64,000 bases of DNA from Dehalococcoidia bacterium (GTDB taxonomy: Bacteria; Chloroflexota; Dehalococcoidia; Lucifugimonadales; VXLM01). The position numbers and the translations under genes were made by a program. The stretch spans positions 240,974-304,973 of the forward strand of contig CBDDPU010000004.1 in the NCBI GenBank assembly GCA_965232435.1. Direction: 5' to 3'. The notes under the pieces were generated by a model. The model did not search any database and had not been told where the DNA came from. It saw nothing but the letters and a program-made list of their open reading frames with translations. This document shows, piece by piece, positions 35,192-45,788 of this stretch; position 1 is the first letter of the stretch; the number at the start of each line of letters is the position of its first letter.

Positions 35192-36439
35192 CTACTCGCG
35201 AAGGAGCGCCAGACGCCCAAGAAACTCCTCATACGACGAAACCCCGTTCAATCCCCGGATAAAATCCCCCACACTCGCAAAATACCCGCGAAACTCGTCC
35301 ATTTGATCGCCGATCGGACTGACCGAAGTCGGGCTCTCGCCGTAAATGCCGTGCATCGCAAAATACGCCTGATTCAGCTTGCGCAGTCCATAGCCTCCAA
35401 GCCGCATGAGCCACCAGCGCTCCTTCATATACTCTTCCGCCTCAATCACTCTGCCCTCCGCTAAAAGTTCTTCCACCCGCTCGCGAGTCTCGCGCATCAT
35501 CCGAGTGAATCGCGGATCGCGCTCTTCCTGCGGCAAATACCGCTGCGCGTTCTCCTCAAGGTCGCCGTCCATTCGCGCGAATGTCTCGTCCCCCAATTCG
35601 CGCCCCGCAATGTCCGCCGCCGTCTCGTTCAGCGTCGCCATCTCCTCCGACGTCCAAAACGACTGCCCGAACGGACGGAAGAACCAGTACACGTGCAACC
35701 ATTCATGTGCCGCCGTACGCAGCGCCGAGCGTAGCGAGTCGGTGTCACGAACCAGCGTCGGGTAGGTCGACAGCCCAGCCAAATTGCCCACAATGGCCGA
35801 AAGATCATGCTCCGCCAACAACGTATCTTCCAGCCTTCCGCGTTCTATATACTCCAAGTCCGGGACGAGCAGCCGCCGCTCGACCCGCGCTATCTTGTCC
35901 CGCCGCGACGTGACGATGATCGTCGGCATCCGACCGAACCGAATGTCCACCGGCGGGAAGACAACGTCTCCCCACAACCCAAACCCTTGATCGCGCAGGA
36001 CGGCGCTCAACTCCGACTCGACCGACTCCTCAGCTCTCGGACGCAGCCCCCGCTGACGCGCCAACAGCTCGTCCAAGTAGTCCCGAGAAACACTCGCCCC
36101 CTTCGCGCTGTTCGCCCCGCCCGCCCTCGCAATCCGCCCCTCAATCAGCCGCTCTTCCTTCTCCGCCAGCTTCGACGTCTGCAAATACTCCCGCACAATC
36201 GAGATTCGCGCATCCCGCGTAGGTCTCTGCCCGGGAATCGACTCCCAAAGCAAATATGCCCACTTGCCGAAAAAGTTCGTGATGTGCCACTGCACCAGGG
36301 AGAAGGCGTGCTCGGAAGTGACCTCCAGCGCGGGAGAAATATAGAGCCGATCCCCACTCGGCAACACCAACAGCGCCGCCAGAAAAAAGGAAACCACCCA
36401 TCGGGCAATATGAAGCCTGCGACCAGTTCGCCCCATCAC
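35192..36439 (-). CDS. Hypothetical N-terminally membrane-anchored protein with an HExxH motif (possible metalloprotease)
   Basis: N-terminal TM WVVSFFLAALLVL and AAHEWLHVYWF (HExxH). No family recognised. Confidence 0.45.
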   Translation of the reverse strand: MMGRTGRRLHIARWVVSFFLAALLVLPSGDRLYISPALEVTSEHAFSLVQWHITNFFGKWAYLLWESIPGQRPTRDARISIVREYLQTSKLAEKEERLIEGRIARAGGANSAKGASVSRDYLDELLARQRGLRPRAEESVESELSAVLRDQGFGLWGDVVFPPVDIRFGRMPTIIVTSRRDKIARVERRLLVPDLEYIERGRLEDTLLAEHDLSAIVGNLAGLSTYPTLVRDTDSLRSALRTAAHEWLHVYWFFRPFGQSFWTSEEMATLNETAADIAGRELGDETFARMDGDLEENAQRYLPQEERDPRFTRMMRETRERVEELLAEGRVIEAEEYMKERWWLMRLGGYGLRKLNQAYFAMHGIYGESPTSVSPIGDQMDEFRGYFASVGDFIRGLNGVSSYEEFLGRLALLRE

Positions 36440-36453
36440 GCTCCCACCGTCCC

Positions 36454-36480
36454 GTCATCCCGGCGTAGGCCGGCATCCAT
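36454..36480. repeat. Family-1 hairpin repeat, variant GTCATCCCGGCGTAGGCCGGCATCCAT
   Basis: It has the same architecture as 24778 and 49502, with substitutions that preserve the stem CCGGC/GCCGG. Confidence 0.6.
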
Positions 36481-38051
36481 CAGGCTGACAGCGGCGAAAC
36501 TCGCTCCACGTCAAAACCTTCGGGGCGCTCCATGTCCTTATACCGCATCAGCACTTCAACCCCATTGATGCTGCGCGTAAACCCCGCTCGCGGCTCGAAC
36601 TTGAACATCTCCACCTCGACGAGGTTGTCCCCTCGCCTGACAAGATGAAGCGGCAGCGAAAATCGGAACCAGTGAGCCGACATCCCCAGAGGGGCCTGCA
36701 AGTTCATCCCGCCGCGAAGCCTCGTCTGCATCTCAAGCCCACGCTCGTCGCTAATCTCCGCCCCGTCCAACGACAGCGCCTCCCCGTTGAACCTGATCTC
36801 GTACTCGTCCTCAATGCAGAAAAAGGAAAACCTCATCGTCAAAATCGGCTTGCGCATCTCCCCGTCCGCCTTTGCGCTGTCAATGTCGTCTTCAATCCGA
36901 ATGCGCACCGACACCGTCTCCCCCTCCTTGAGTTCCACCGGACACTCGCGATGCGGCGTCGTTGTCGACTCCCCTTCCACGCCCTCCCGCGGCTGCGTGA
37001 TGTATCGCTTGCGACTGCGAACATGCGCCTCGGGATGGGCCAATTCGCGCAAGATCTGGTACTCGCGCTGCGCGAACGGCCAGAGGAGATATCCATGATA
37101 CTGTCCCGCCCAGCCATCGGATACCAGCGTCTGGTTCAACGCTCGGTACATCTCGATGCTCGGCAGCCCCACTCGCTCATCGTAAACCCGCCGCGGCGGA
37201 CGATAGTACGCCCCGGCTCCGTTCGCGTTCGCCGCATCCGGCAGCCACGTCTGGCAAACCCCCGTTTCCGACACGACGTACGGATCCTGACCGACGATAT
37301 AGTCGAGCGAGCCGTCCCGAAGCCATTGCTCGACATCGAGCGCATTCGACAGATTGTCATCCCGCAGCAAATCGACCCGCGCCATCACCCCAACATCCCT
37401 TCCCTGCCTCTGACCCACTTGAACGGCAAGCTCCCGAACATCCGCAACGAATTCATTCATGGTCTTCGCGCCCTCGTCGAGTGCGTCACTCTTGAAATAC
37501 TGGCTCCCAAACATAAAGTCCAACTCAATGCCGTCAGCCTCATAGTCCTCCAGCACTTCCCGAATCAGCGAGAGCTTGTAGTCGCGAACCTCCTTGATCG
37601 CGTAATCGTAAGCCCACTCACTGCGCCCCGGCTCCCCGATGCACACCTCAAGTCCTCGCTCCCACTTGAGCCGACCGAATCGCTCGCCATAAGGCCGCGA
37701 CCCGTCCTGCAACTTAATGCTCGGAAAAACCCTAATGCCCGTTTCACGACCACGACGAACCACTTCCCGCAGCTGGTCGGTGCCCTTCTTCGCCGCCTCT
37801 TCAACCATCCGCATGATCCGCCAGTCGATGTAGTTCTCCCACACCTCTTTCTGCTGCCCCACGACTCGACCCACCTTGGTCTGGTGAAAGTACACGTCCC
37901 CATAGCCAAGCCCAAACGCCAACAGATCAACCCCCGTGCCCGCCACCTCGTTTACCGGCCACTCCAGCATGTGAATGCTGGCTGGCGGTTCAAGGCGCTT
38001 CCCATGAAAATGATGCGCGTCGTTGTAGTAAATCAGGCGTGGTCGCTTCAT
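36480..38051 (-). CDS. Hypothetical protein, possibly a TIM-barrel glycoside-hydrolase-like enzyme
   Basis: The start is taken at MKRPRLIYYNDAHHF (ATG at 38051, GGGAGG upstream). The alternating pattern with IELDFMF is reminiscent of GH-like (GHL) barrels. The functional assignment is weak. Confidence 0.4.
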   Translation of the reverse strand: MKRPRLIYYNDAHHFHGKRLEPPASIHMLEWPVNEVAGTGVDLLAFGLGYGDVYFHQTKVGRVVGQQKEVWENYIDWRIMRMVEEAAKKGTDQLREVVRRGRETGIRVFPSIKLQDGSRPYGERFGRLKWERGLEVCIGEPGRSEWAYDYAIKEVRDYKLSLIREVLEDYEADGIELDFMFGSQYFKSDALDEGAKTMNEFVADVRELAVQVGQRQGRDVGVMARVDLLRDDNLSNALDVEQWLRDGSLDYIVGQDPYVVSETGVCQTWLPDAANANGAGAYYRPPRRVYDERVGLPSIEMYRALNQTLVSDGWAGQYHGYLLWPFAQREYQILRELAHPEAHVRSRKRYITQPREGVEGESTTTPHRECPVELKEGETVSVRIRIEDDIDSAKADGEMRKPILTMRFSFFCIEDEYEIRFNGEALSLDGAEISDERGLEMQTRLRGGMNLQAPLGMSAHWFRFSLPLHLVRRGDNLVEVEMFKFEPRAGFTRSINGVEVLMRYKDMERPEGFDVERVSPLSA

Positions 38052-38197
38052 GGCTTTCCTCCCGCGCTCCAGGGCGCTCCAACGGTCCACTCGAACGGCG
38101 GGCAAAGGATACCACACTCGAACCCTCCCCACTTCCCCCACCCCACCCCGTTACCGCGTATAATCTCCTCCGAGACGATACCGCAGGGAGAAAAACC

Positions 38198-40336
38198 ATG
38201 AGCGCATTCCCACGACCCGTTGAGGGCGGCAACCTTGGAGACGGATCCCCGCTCGTACTCGGCGACGAAAACGTCATCGGCGATCTCCACGCCCCATGCG
38301 ACCCCTCGTCTACCATCCATGTCCTCGACTGGGACGGCGACGGCGAACCCGAGCTCGTTACATCGGGAAACGACATCTACGCGCACAAATTCGTCGACAC
38401 CCTCCCGGACGGCACACCCATCGTCGACCGCGGCCGAAGATGGGGCGTTATATCTCGATCAGCGCAGAGAGACGAAAGCGACGAGGGCCTCACGGGATTC
38501 CTACTCGCCGCCGCCGATTTCACCGGCGACGGCGCGACCGAGGCCATCATCGGACTGCGCTACTACTCGCGCAAACCCGTCGTCACTCTCTCCCTCACCA
38601 GCGGAGCGCCCACGAACCGAGACGAAGGCCTCCCCGTCCATGTCCACGGCGACAACCGCGACGCAAGCTCATGGGCCAAAGGCTCCACCGCCGCCATCGA
38701 CTGGAACGGCGACGGGCGCATCGACCTCGCAGTCGTAAAGCAAGAAGAGCGCGACGAATACCATATCGACCCAAAGACCGGAATATCCCCCGAAGACCAA
38801 CGCCACCGATACCATCGCGACGGACGCTGGATCGGCCGAGTCGCCAAGCCGACTCTCCACCTCTTCGAGAACACCACATCTTACCCTCCGCCATCCCCGC
38901 GAACGCTGGAAGCCATCCCGGGCGCGGATGACGGAATAGAATTCACCCACAGAGGCACGGCGTCCATCGACCTCCCGCGTCATACCATGTGGGTGTCACC
39001 CGTCGACCCCACCAACCCAAACGCCGGCCTCCTCATAGCTACGTACTACGGCAGGGTCTACCACCTTCCTTTAACAACAGACGGAGACTCCCCGCAGTGG
39101 GGCCCAATCGCCGAACTTCTCACACTGCACAACGAACCCTTCAACCGAACTACCAACTTCGACATCAACATCGGCGTATCCGACGCCCTCGAACCCGGCA
39201 GATTCGACATCTTCGCCGGCGACCGTTCACAGTCACCCTCATGGTCGCGCTTCAGGGGCCGCGACGCCGACGGCCGCCCCGTCTACGACCCGCCCAGAAA
39301 GATCAAACAGCGCAACCCCCACGTGGGAAACAGCTTCTTCAGCGTCCCGACCGTCGGCGACTGGCGAGGCATCGGAACCCCCGATCTCGTCGTCGGCGGC
39401 GTGGAAGGATACGTACTCTGGTACAAGACACTCTCCACTGATCCCCTGCGCTTCGCGCTCCCTGAGCGAGTGCGATACGGTTCCACCGAAATACGCCGCC
39501 TGGCCGCTCCCAACCCCGCGGGCGGACACCATTGGGGCGGCTCCCAAGGCCCCTATGACGGCGACACCGGCGGGTACAGCAACCCCGTCCTCGCGGACTG
39601 GAACGGCAACGGCCTCCTCGACCTCCTCATCAGCGACATGATCGGCCTCTATGACTGGTACCCCAACTGGGGAACCAAGTCCGAACCCGAGCTCGGCCCT
39701 CCGCAGCGCCTGCACGTCACCGACGGACGACCGCTCCGAGGGCCGTGGAGACAGCAGGCAGGCGTAGGCGACTTCTCAGGCAACGGCCTCCCCGACATCG
39801 TAATCCAAGACATGGACCTCGATCTCGCGCTCTTCAAAAGGGTCGGAACCGACCAACCCTCCCTCCTCCACCCCGGTGAAAAGCTGCGCTATGAAGACGG
39901 CGAAACGATCAAGACCCACGGCATTTATACACCAGGAGGCGGTGACGGACGCGGCAGAACCAAAATAAACGTCGTCGATTGGGACGGAGACGGCAAACTC
40001 GACCTCCTGCTCGGCGTCGGCCCCCAGCACGGCAGCCCCTACCGCGGAAGCTATGTCCTCTTCGCAAAAAACGTCGGAACCAACCAAAACCCCATCTTCA
40101 GCCGACCCGAAGTCATCCTCTGGAACCAAGAAGGGAAACCCCTGGAGTTCTGGCGACACGGCGTCCATCCCGCCCCGGTCGACTGGGACGGAGACGGCAA
40201 GTTCGAACTCGTCGCCGGAGCCGATCAAGGACGTATCTGGTACTGGAAGCCTGAATACTTCGGCGCCGGCGCGACCGGTGACCCCACCGCGCCTCGACGC
40301 CCTGAGGACGAACAAGGCCTCGGAAGAGACGACTAA
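38198..40336 (+). CDS. FG-GAP / VCBS repeat protein (beta-propeller), no obvious signal peptide
   Basis: Repeated Ca-binding-type motifs DWDGDGEPEL, DWNGDGRIDL, DWNGNGLLDL, DWDGDGKLDL and DWDGDGKFEL. The start is taken at the ATG at 38198 (GGGAG upstream), so the longer ORF from 38039 is rejected. Confidence 0.75.
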   Translation: MSAFPRPVEGGNLGDGSPLVLGDENVIGDLHAPCDPSSTIHVLDWDGDGEPELVTSGNDIYAHKFVDTLPDGTPIVDRGRRWGVISRSAQRDESDEGLTGFLLAAADFTGDGATEAIIGLRYYSRKPVVTLSLTSGAPTNRDEGLPVHVHGDNRDASSWAKGSTAAIDWNGDGRIDLAVVKQEERDEYHIDPKTGISPEDQRHRYHRDGRWIGRVAKPTLHLFENTTSYPPPSPRTLEAIPGADDGIEFTHRGTASIDLPRHTMWVSPVDPTNPNAGLLIATYYGRVYHLPLTTDGDSPQWGPIAELLTLHNEPFNRTTNFDINIGVSDALEPGRFDIFAGDRSQSPSWSRFRGRDADGRPVYDPPRKIKQRNPHVGNSFFSVPTVGDWRGIGTPDLVVGGVEGYVLWYKTLSTDPLRFALPERVRYGSTEIRRLAAPNPAGGHHWGGSQGPYDGDTGGYSNPVLADWNGNGLLDLLISDMIGLYDWYPNWGTKSEPELGPPQRLHVTDGRPLRGPWRQQAGVGDFSGNGLPDIVIQDMDLDLALFKRVGTDQPSLLHPGEKLRYEDGETIKTHGIYTPGGGDGRGRTKINVVDWDGDGKLDLLLGVGPQHGSPYRGSYVLFAKNVGTNQNPIFSRPEVILWNQEGKPLEFWRHGVHPAPVDWDGDGKFELVAGADQGRIWYWKPEYFGAGATGDPTAPRRPEDEQGLGRDD

Positions 40337-40339
40337 ATA

Positions 40340-40592
40340 TCCCCTCTCCCGGCGTGGGAGAGGCCCAGGGTGAGGGTAACGTCCCCTCTCCCGGCGTGGG
40401 AGAGGCCCAGGGCGAGGGTAACGTCCCCCTCCCGTTCGTGGTAAGCTGCCCACTCTCCCGTTCGTGGTGAGCTTGTCGAACCACCTCGCCCGTTCGTGGG
40501 AGAGGCCCAGCGCTAGGGCAACGTCCCCCCTCCCGTTCGTGGTAAGCCGCCCACTCTCCCGTTCGTGGTGAGCTTGTCGAACCACCTCGCCC
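40340..40592. repeat. Tandem repeat array built from family-3 and family-2 units
   Basis: Two 42-nt units (40340-40381 and 40382-40423, TCCCCTCTCCCGGCGTGGGAGAGGCCCAGGG(T/C)GAGGGTAACG) are followed by a 100-nt unit (40424-40523) and a truncated 69-nt second copy (40524-40592). It lies between the FG-GAP stop and ftsH. Confidence 0.85.
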
Positions 40593-40717
40593 AAGTTTGG
40601 CAAAAGAACCCTAATTCACCCTTTGAACTGGAACCGCCAACGGTGATACCATAAGAGAACTTGAAGGGCTCTCGTGGCTCACTCCCTAAATGCGCGGGAG
40701 AGTCCGCCGGAGGGGCA

Positions 40718-42577
40718 ATGAATTCCCGGTTTATGCGTAATGGCTTCATATATCTGCTTATCGTTGTCGCCGTCTTGGCGATCTTCTTCACACTCTTTTC
40801 CGATGTCCCCGGCGGTGGGAACAAAGACCTCGCAATTAACGAAGTCGTCACTATGGCAAAGCGAGGCGACATCGAAACCATAGAAGTGCAGGGCGACCGA
40901 CTGACGATCATAACGCCCATGCAGGAATCCTACTCTTCCCGAATCGAGCAAAACGCCAGCATCGTCGATATCCTCGTCGATGCCGGCATAGACCCATACT
41001 CCGGGGGCAGACCGAATATCGTCGTCGTCGGATCCAGCGGACTCGGAAACCTCTTCGGGATTCTCATCAATTTCCTCCCGCTCATCTTCTTCGGCGCGGT
41101 CCTCTTATTCATGATGCGCCAGGCGCAGGGCAGCACCAACCAAACCTTCAGCTTCGGACGGAGCCGCGCCCGAATGCTCGTCGGCAATCAGCCAAATGTT
41201 ACTTTTCAAGACGTCGCAGGCGCCGACGAAGCAAAAGAAGAACTCGAAGAAGTCGTCGACTTTCTCCGATACCCCGAACGCTTCGAAACACTCGGCGCGC
41301 GAGTTCCACGCGGCGTTCTCCTAGTAGGTCCGCCCGGCACCGGCAAAACCCTGCTCGCCCGTGCAGTCGCCGGCGAGGCCGGCGTACCGTTCTTCTCCAT
41401 CAGCGGTTCCGAATTCGTAGAAATGTTCGTCGGCGTCGGCGCTTCTCGCGTCCGTGACCTCTTTGAACAAGCCAAGCGCAACTCCCCCTGCATCGTCTTT
41501 ATCGATGAAATCGACGCCGTCGGAAGACACCGCGGAGCCGGTCTCGGCGGCGGACACGACGAACGCGAACAAACTCTGAACCAAATCCTCGTCGAAATGG
41601 ACGGCTTCGATACCAGCGTTAACGTCATCGTCCTCTCTTCGACCAACCGCCCCGACATCCTTGATCCGGCGCTCCTCAGGCCGGGCCGCTTCGACCGTCG
41701 GGTCACCCTCGACAACCCCGACGTCCGCGGACGCGAAGCCATCCTCAAAGTTCATATGAAGGGCAAGCCCATCGACGAGACCATCGACGTCGAGAGCGTC
41801 GCAAAACAGACCCCAGGCTTCAGCGGCGCCGACCTCGCGAACCTGGTGAACGAATCCGCCATCCTCGCCGCCCGCAACAACCGCACAACCGTACTCTACG
41901 AAGACTTCGCCGAGTCAATCGACCGTGTCATAGCCGGCCCCGCCCGTAAATCGCGAGTCATCAGCGCCCGCGACAAAGAAGTCACCGCCTACCACGAAGC
42001 GGGACACACCATCGTCGGCCATCTCCTCGACGATGCCGACCCCGTTGCCAAAGTTACCATCGTCTCTCGCGGACACGCCGGCGGCTACACCAAGTCGATA
42101 CCCGACGAAGAAAGCTACTACATGACGCTCAAACAGGTAAAAGCCCGCCTCGCGACACTCATGGGCGGACGCGCCGCCGAGGAAGAAATCTTCGGCGCCG
42201 AGCAAGTGACCACCGGCGCCAGCAACGACATTGAACAAGCCACGAACCTCGCCCGCCAAATGGTCATGCGCTACGGCATGAGCCAAAAACTCGGCCCCCG
42301 CACCTTCGGCAAACGTGAAGAACTCGTCTTCCTCGGAAGGGAAATCTCCGAACAGGCCGACTACAGCGACCACATAGCCGAAACCATCGACGAGGAAGTC
42401 CACAACCTCATCCAAGGCGCGTACCAAACCGCCAAAAAACTCATCGTCGCCCACAGGGCAAAGCTAAACGAGGTTTCCACCTACCTCATCGAGCACGAAA
42501 CCCTTGAAGGCAAAGCCCTAACCGACATGCTCAACGCCCCGCCACCGCCCCTGCCGGAACCCAGCGGCGGCGACTAA
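40718..42577 (+). CDS. ftsH: ATP-dependent zinc metalloprotease FtsH
   Basis: Walker A GPPGTGKT, the SRH region, the zinc site HEAGH and an N-terminal TM pair. The start is taken at the ATG at 40718 (GGAGGGG upstream). Confidence 0.95.
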   Translation: MNSRFMRNGFIYLLIVVAVLAIFFTLFSDVPGGGNKDLAINEVVTMAKRGDIETIEVQGDRLTIITPMQESYSSRIEQNASIVDILVDAGIDPYSGGRPNIVVVGSSGLGNLFGILINFLPLIFFGAVLLFMMRQAQGSTNQTFSFGRSRARMLVGNQPNVTFQDVAGADEAKEELEEVVDFLRYPERFETLGARVPRGVLLVGPPGTGKTLLARAVAGEAGVPFFSISGSEFVEMFVGVGASRVRDLFEQAKRNSPCIVFIDEIDAVGRHRGAGLGGGHDEREQTLNQILVEMDGFDTSVNVIVLSSTNRPDILDPALLRPGRFDRRVTLDNPDVRGREAILKVHMKGKPIDETIDVESVAKQTPGFSGADLANLVNESAILAARNNRTTVLYEDFAESIDRVIAGPARKSRVISARDKEVTAYHEAGHTIVGHLLDDADPVAKVTIVSRGHAGGYTKSIPDEESYYMTLKQVKARLATLMGGRAAEEEIFGAEQVTTGASNDIEQATNLARQMVMRYGMSQKLGPRTFGKREELVFLGREISEQADYSDHIAETIDEEVHNLIQGAYQTAKKLIVAHRAKLNEVSTYLIEHETLEGKALTDMLNAPPPPLPEPSGGD

Positions 42578-42596
42578 GCGCGACCAAGTAGACGTG

Positions 42597-43742
42597 TCAC
42601 TTGGTCGACTCTCGAAGCCGCTCCCTTACATCGTCCGACACGTCACCGAGCCGCGACGGAGCGTCTTCCCATTCCCCCTGCAGCATAGCCGCCTCCGCAA
42701 GCAGTTCCACACCACCGAGAAAGTCGGACACTTTGATGTACTCCTCCGCAACATCGCCCGCGACGTCCGGAATAGTCGTTGTCGCGTTGTGATAATTCCC
42801 CAGCGGGAACGCAAGACCCGTAACCGAATATCCCGCCAAAGAAAAAGCCGTCCCCTCGCACACACCCCCCGACATAAGCTGTCGCTGAGCGCGGAAGCTC
42901 GGCTCACGGCGGCGAATCGACTCGACCGCCGCGGTCAACACTCCCTCGGCGTCGGAATCGAACGTGGTCAGCGCGTCACCCGTGCGGATCACCGGCCCCG
43001 CCCCCTGCTCAACTCCCGGTATGACCGCGCTGGATTCGACCGAGACTATCACGCATTCTCTCGGGAGGGCGCCCGCCTCCGCCATGAGACGCGCGCCGAA
43101 CAGTCCACCTTCCTCCGCCCGCGTGAAGACTCCGTACACGTCCGACGCCGCCCCGGCACGCGCAGCTCGCTCCAACACGGCGAGAATCGCGGCGCATCCT
43201 GCAAGATCGTCAACCGCACGCATCCGAATGGTGTCGCCGTCCAACTCGAAGTCCGCGAGGTCGAACATGACAGACAGAAGCGGCCTGAACTCAATCGGAG
43301 CGTCCAACCTCACCCGCACAAGACGGTCCGACGCGCGGTCGTTCGGATCAGCTGTGTCTTCGTGAGGCTCGATTACGCCCGAAACCCTCCCGCCGTCGGG
43401 TGTCAGTAAAAAGACGGGAACCGACTTGACGAGGGACGCCGCCGGAATCCCGCCCATCGCGCGCGCAACCGCTTCGGCTCCATTGATCTCAACGGCCTCG
43501 AAACCCGGATGATCCATGTGCGCCACAAAAGCAACCGAACGACCCGACGAATTGGATTCCGGGTGAACACGCGCAATGATGTTGCCGAACTCGTCCACCC
43601 GATAATCGACGCCCGCCGCCTGGAGTCTCTCCGCAATGTACATCGCGGGCAGACCTTCAAAGAACGGAGTCGCCGGACAGGAACCGAGACCGCGAAGAAC
43701 AGCTAAGGCGGTGTCTGCGAAGGTTCCGTCATGCAATGTCAT
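42597..43742 (-). CDS. M42-family metallopeptidase (aminopeptidase/endoglucanase-like)
   Basis: DEFGNIIARV...VAFVAHMDHPGF matches the M42 pattern D.GN....AHMDE.G. 381 aa. Confidence 0.6.
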   Translation of the reverse strand: MTLHDGTFADTALAVLRGLGSCPATPFFEGLPAMYIAERLQAAGVDYRVDEFGNIIARVHPESNSSGRSVAFVAHMDHPGFEAVEINGAEAVARAMGGIPAASLVKSVPVFLLTPDGGRVSGVIEPHEDTADPNDRASDRLVRVRLDAPIEFRPLLSVMFDLADFELDGDTIRMRAVDDLAGCAAILAVLERAARAGAASDVYGVFTRAEEGGLFGARLMAEAGALPRECVIVSVESSAVIPGVEQGAGPVIRTGDALTTFDSDAEGVLTAAVESIRRREPSFRAQRQLMSGGVCEGTAFSLAGYSVTGLAFPLGNYHNATTTIPDVAGDVAEEYIKVSDFLGGVELLAEAAMLQGEWEDAPSRLGDVSDDVRERLRESTK

Positions 43743-43771
43743 ACATTCGCCTTGAGCCTGCCCTCACACTT

Positions 43772-43813
43772 CACCCGTTCGCCCTGAGCCTGTCGAAGGG
43801 TTCGCCATAAACG
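43772..43813. repeat. Family-2 dispersed repeat
   Basis: CACCCGTTCGCCCTGAGCCTGTCGAAGGGTTCGCCATAAACG lies in the M42/dppC intergenic region. Confidence 0.7.
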
Positions 43814-43844
43814 ATTTTCCAGACTTGCAAACTCCCCTCCGGTG

Positions 43845-44858
43845 TCAGCGAGTGCGTGGATTCAAAACGTCGTTGAGCGCGTCGCCCAACAGGTTCCACG
43901 CCAACACCATCGACCACGCAATGACTCCCGGAGCCAAAAGCAGCCATGGCATCACGAGCAGAACGCTGATCGACCCGCCTTCCAAGAGCATCACGCCGAG
44001 GCTGGGCCGCGGAGGCTGTATGCCGAGTCCCAGCCAGCTCAACACGATCTCCGTGCCCACCATGCTGCCCATGCCCATCGAGACGCTGACGACTATCGGA
44101 CTGATGGCGTTCGGAAGCAGATGCCGAAACAGAATGCCCGGCGTTGAAACGCCGATGGCACGGGCGCTCTCGACGTACTGCGTTTCCTTGAGATACAAGA
44201 TCTGACCGCGCACCAGTCTCGCCATGCTGATCCACCCGAAGCTCACCAGGGCGACGGATATCACCACGTAGTCAACTACTCCGGAGCGGACCAGTCCGTC
44301 AAGGAAAGTGTTGTCCTCCAGCCAGCGCACCGTTTCAAGTATTCGCGGGCGCAGCGTCGCGGCGATGATGATGACGAACAGGATGCCGGGGAAGGACGCG
44401 GCAATCTCGCCGATCCGCATGATAAACTCGTCCACCTTCCCGCCGAAATACCCCGATACGAGGCCGAGCGTGACACCGATGACCAGTCCGCCGGAGAACA
44501 TGCCGACGAACGTAAGGATTACGGTGTTCTGGATCCCCCAGAGTAGCCGGGTGAAGACGTCCCTTCCCGCCCGGTCGGTGCCCGCCCAGTGTTCGAGGCT
44601 CGGCGGCTCGCGAAATGCCGTGTAATCTTGCGCCGTGTACTCGTAGCCCGTCACGAATGCCGACAGCGGCGCGGCAAGTATCCCGGCCAGCCAGACCACG
44701 GCGATGACCACCATCGCCATGACCGCGATCTTCTTGCGCATGAGCCGAGAAAACGCGCGAGCGAAATGTCCCCGGCGCTGCCGCTGGCTCTCTTCCGTGA
44801 GCTCGTCGACCTCGGCGCGCTCAATCTCAAACGGCTGGGACTGTGGTTGAAACGCCAC
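43845..44858 (-). CDS. ABC peptide/nickel-type transporter permease (DppC/OppC-like)
   Basis: N-terminal anchor helix, GTD..GRDV motif and the EAA-loop region ESARAIGVS. It lies directly adjacent to the DppB-like gene. Confidence 0.85.
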   Translation of the reverse strand: MAFQPQSQPFEIERAEVDELTEESQRQRRGHFARAFSRLMRKKIAVMAMVVIAVVWLAGILAAPLSAFVTGYEYTAQDYTAFREPPSLEHWAGTDRAGRDVFTRLLWGIQNTVILTFVGMFSGGLVIGVTLGLVSGYFGGKVDEFIMRIGEIAASFPGILFVIIIAATLRPRILETVRWLEDNTFLDGLVRSGVVDYVVISVALVSFGWISMARLVRGQILYLKETQYVESARAIGVSTPGILFRHLLPNAISPIVVSVSMGMGSMVGTEIVLSWLGLGIQPPRPSLGVMLLEGGSISVLLVMPWLLLAPGVIAWSMVLAWNLLGDALNDVLNPRTR

Positions 44859-45788
44859 CTAACTGTACCTAATGCGAGGATCGATATAGGCGTACAGCAC
44901 GTCCGCCAACAGATTCGCCAGCACAAACGCCATAGCGCCGATCAGTGTTATCGCCAAAATGATCGGGTAGTCACGGTTGAAGATAGACTCCACGCTGAAG
45001 CGACCAACGCCGGGAATGCCCATGATCGTCTCCATAATGAACGACCCCTCTATCAGCCCAGCCAGAGAGAAGGCGAGGATCGTGATAATGGGAATCACCG
45101 CGTTCCGCAGGACGTGACCTGCGTCGATGCGCACGGTGCCAAGCCCCTTCGAATGGGCCGTGCGAATGAAGTCCTGTCCCATGACGTCAAGCGTGCTCGC
45201 TCGCATCTGGCGCATGAGTCCCGCGACGCCCGGCACGCCCATCGTTATCGCCGGAACGACGATACGCGGATCAAAAAACCCGCCCCAGCCGGAGCACGGT
45301 ATCAGGTTAGTCTTGAGACACCCGACCCACAGCAGGACGGGCACCGTCACCATGATAGGTATCGACGCCAAGACGAGTGAAAGCGCCACCGCAGTCGGGT
45401 CTTGCCAACTTCCCTGCTTGTGCGCGATGTAGAACCCTAATGGCAAACCGATGCTCAAGCTAATGATCATCGCAGCGATCGAAAGCTGCGCGGAAACCCA
45501 CATCTTCGGCACGATCAGATCGCGGACGGGCTGGCCGATGAATCGCAGGCTCTCCCCGAAGTCCCCTCGGAAGAAGCCGTACATATAGTCGGCATACTGC
45601 ACGAAGAAGGGCCGGTTCAAACCAAGCTCGTCCCGAATGCGCTCCGCGGCCGCCTCGTTGTACTTATTGCCCATCATCACCCGGACGGGGTCGCCCGGAC
45701 CGTAATGTCCGAGAGTGAAAGTAATCAGCGACACGGCCACGAGCGTGACCGGCAAAAAGAGCAGCCGCCGGATGATGTATGCCCACAT
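44859..45788 (-). CDS. ABC peptide/nickel-type transporter permease (DppB/OppB-like)
   Basis: The N-terminal MWAYIIRRLLFLPVTLVAVSLITF is the classic DppB/OppB start. The EAA-loop region is FIRTAHSKGL. Confidence 0.85.
   Translation of the reverse strand: MWAYIIRRLLFLPVTLVAVSLITFTLGHYGPGDPVRVMMGNKYNEAAAERIRDELGLNRPFFVQYADYMYGFFRGDFGESLRFIGQPVRDLIVPKMWVSAQLSIAAMIISLSIGLPLGFYIAHKQGSWQDPTAVALSLVLASIPIMVTVPVLLWVGCLKTNLIPCSGWGGFFDPRIVVPAITMGVPGVAGLMRQMRASTLDVMGQDFIRTAHSKGLGTVRIDAGHVLRNAVIPIITILAFSLAGLIEGSFIMETIMGIPGVGRFSVESIFNRDYPIILAITLIGAMAFVLANLLADVLYAYIDPRIRYS

Noticed and set aside
40340-40592. Possible CRISPR array, because of regularly repeated units.
   Set aside because: The units abut each other with no unique spacers, unit lengths are 42 and about 100 nt, the same modules occur singly elsewhere, and no cas genes are present.
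39776-40603. ORFs running through repeat DNA: 39776-40603 minus, 40113-40484 minus, 45779-45988 plus, 46082-46324 plus, 49471-50148 plus and 28024-28299 minus.
   Set aside because: Their only conserved-looking parts are translations of the dispersed repeats (PLSRRGRGLG, FDKLTTNG, HSGEGRNPE/VIPAKAGIQ). The remainder overlaps real genes or intergenic DNA.
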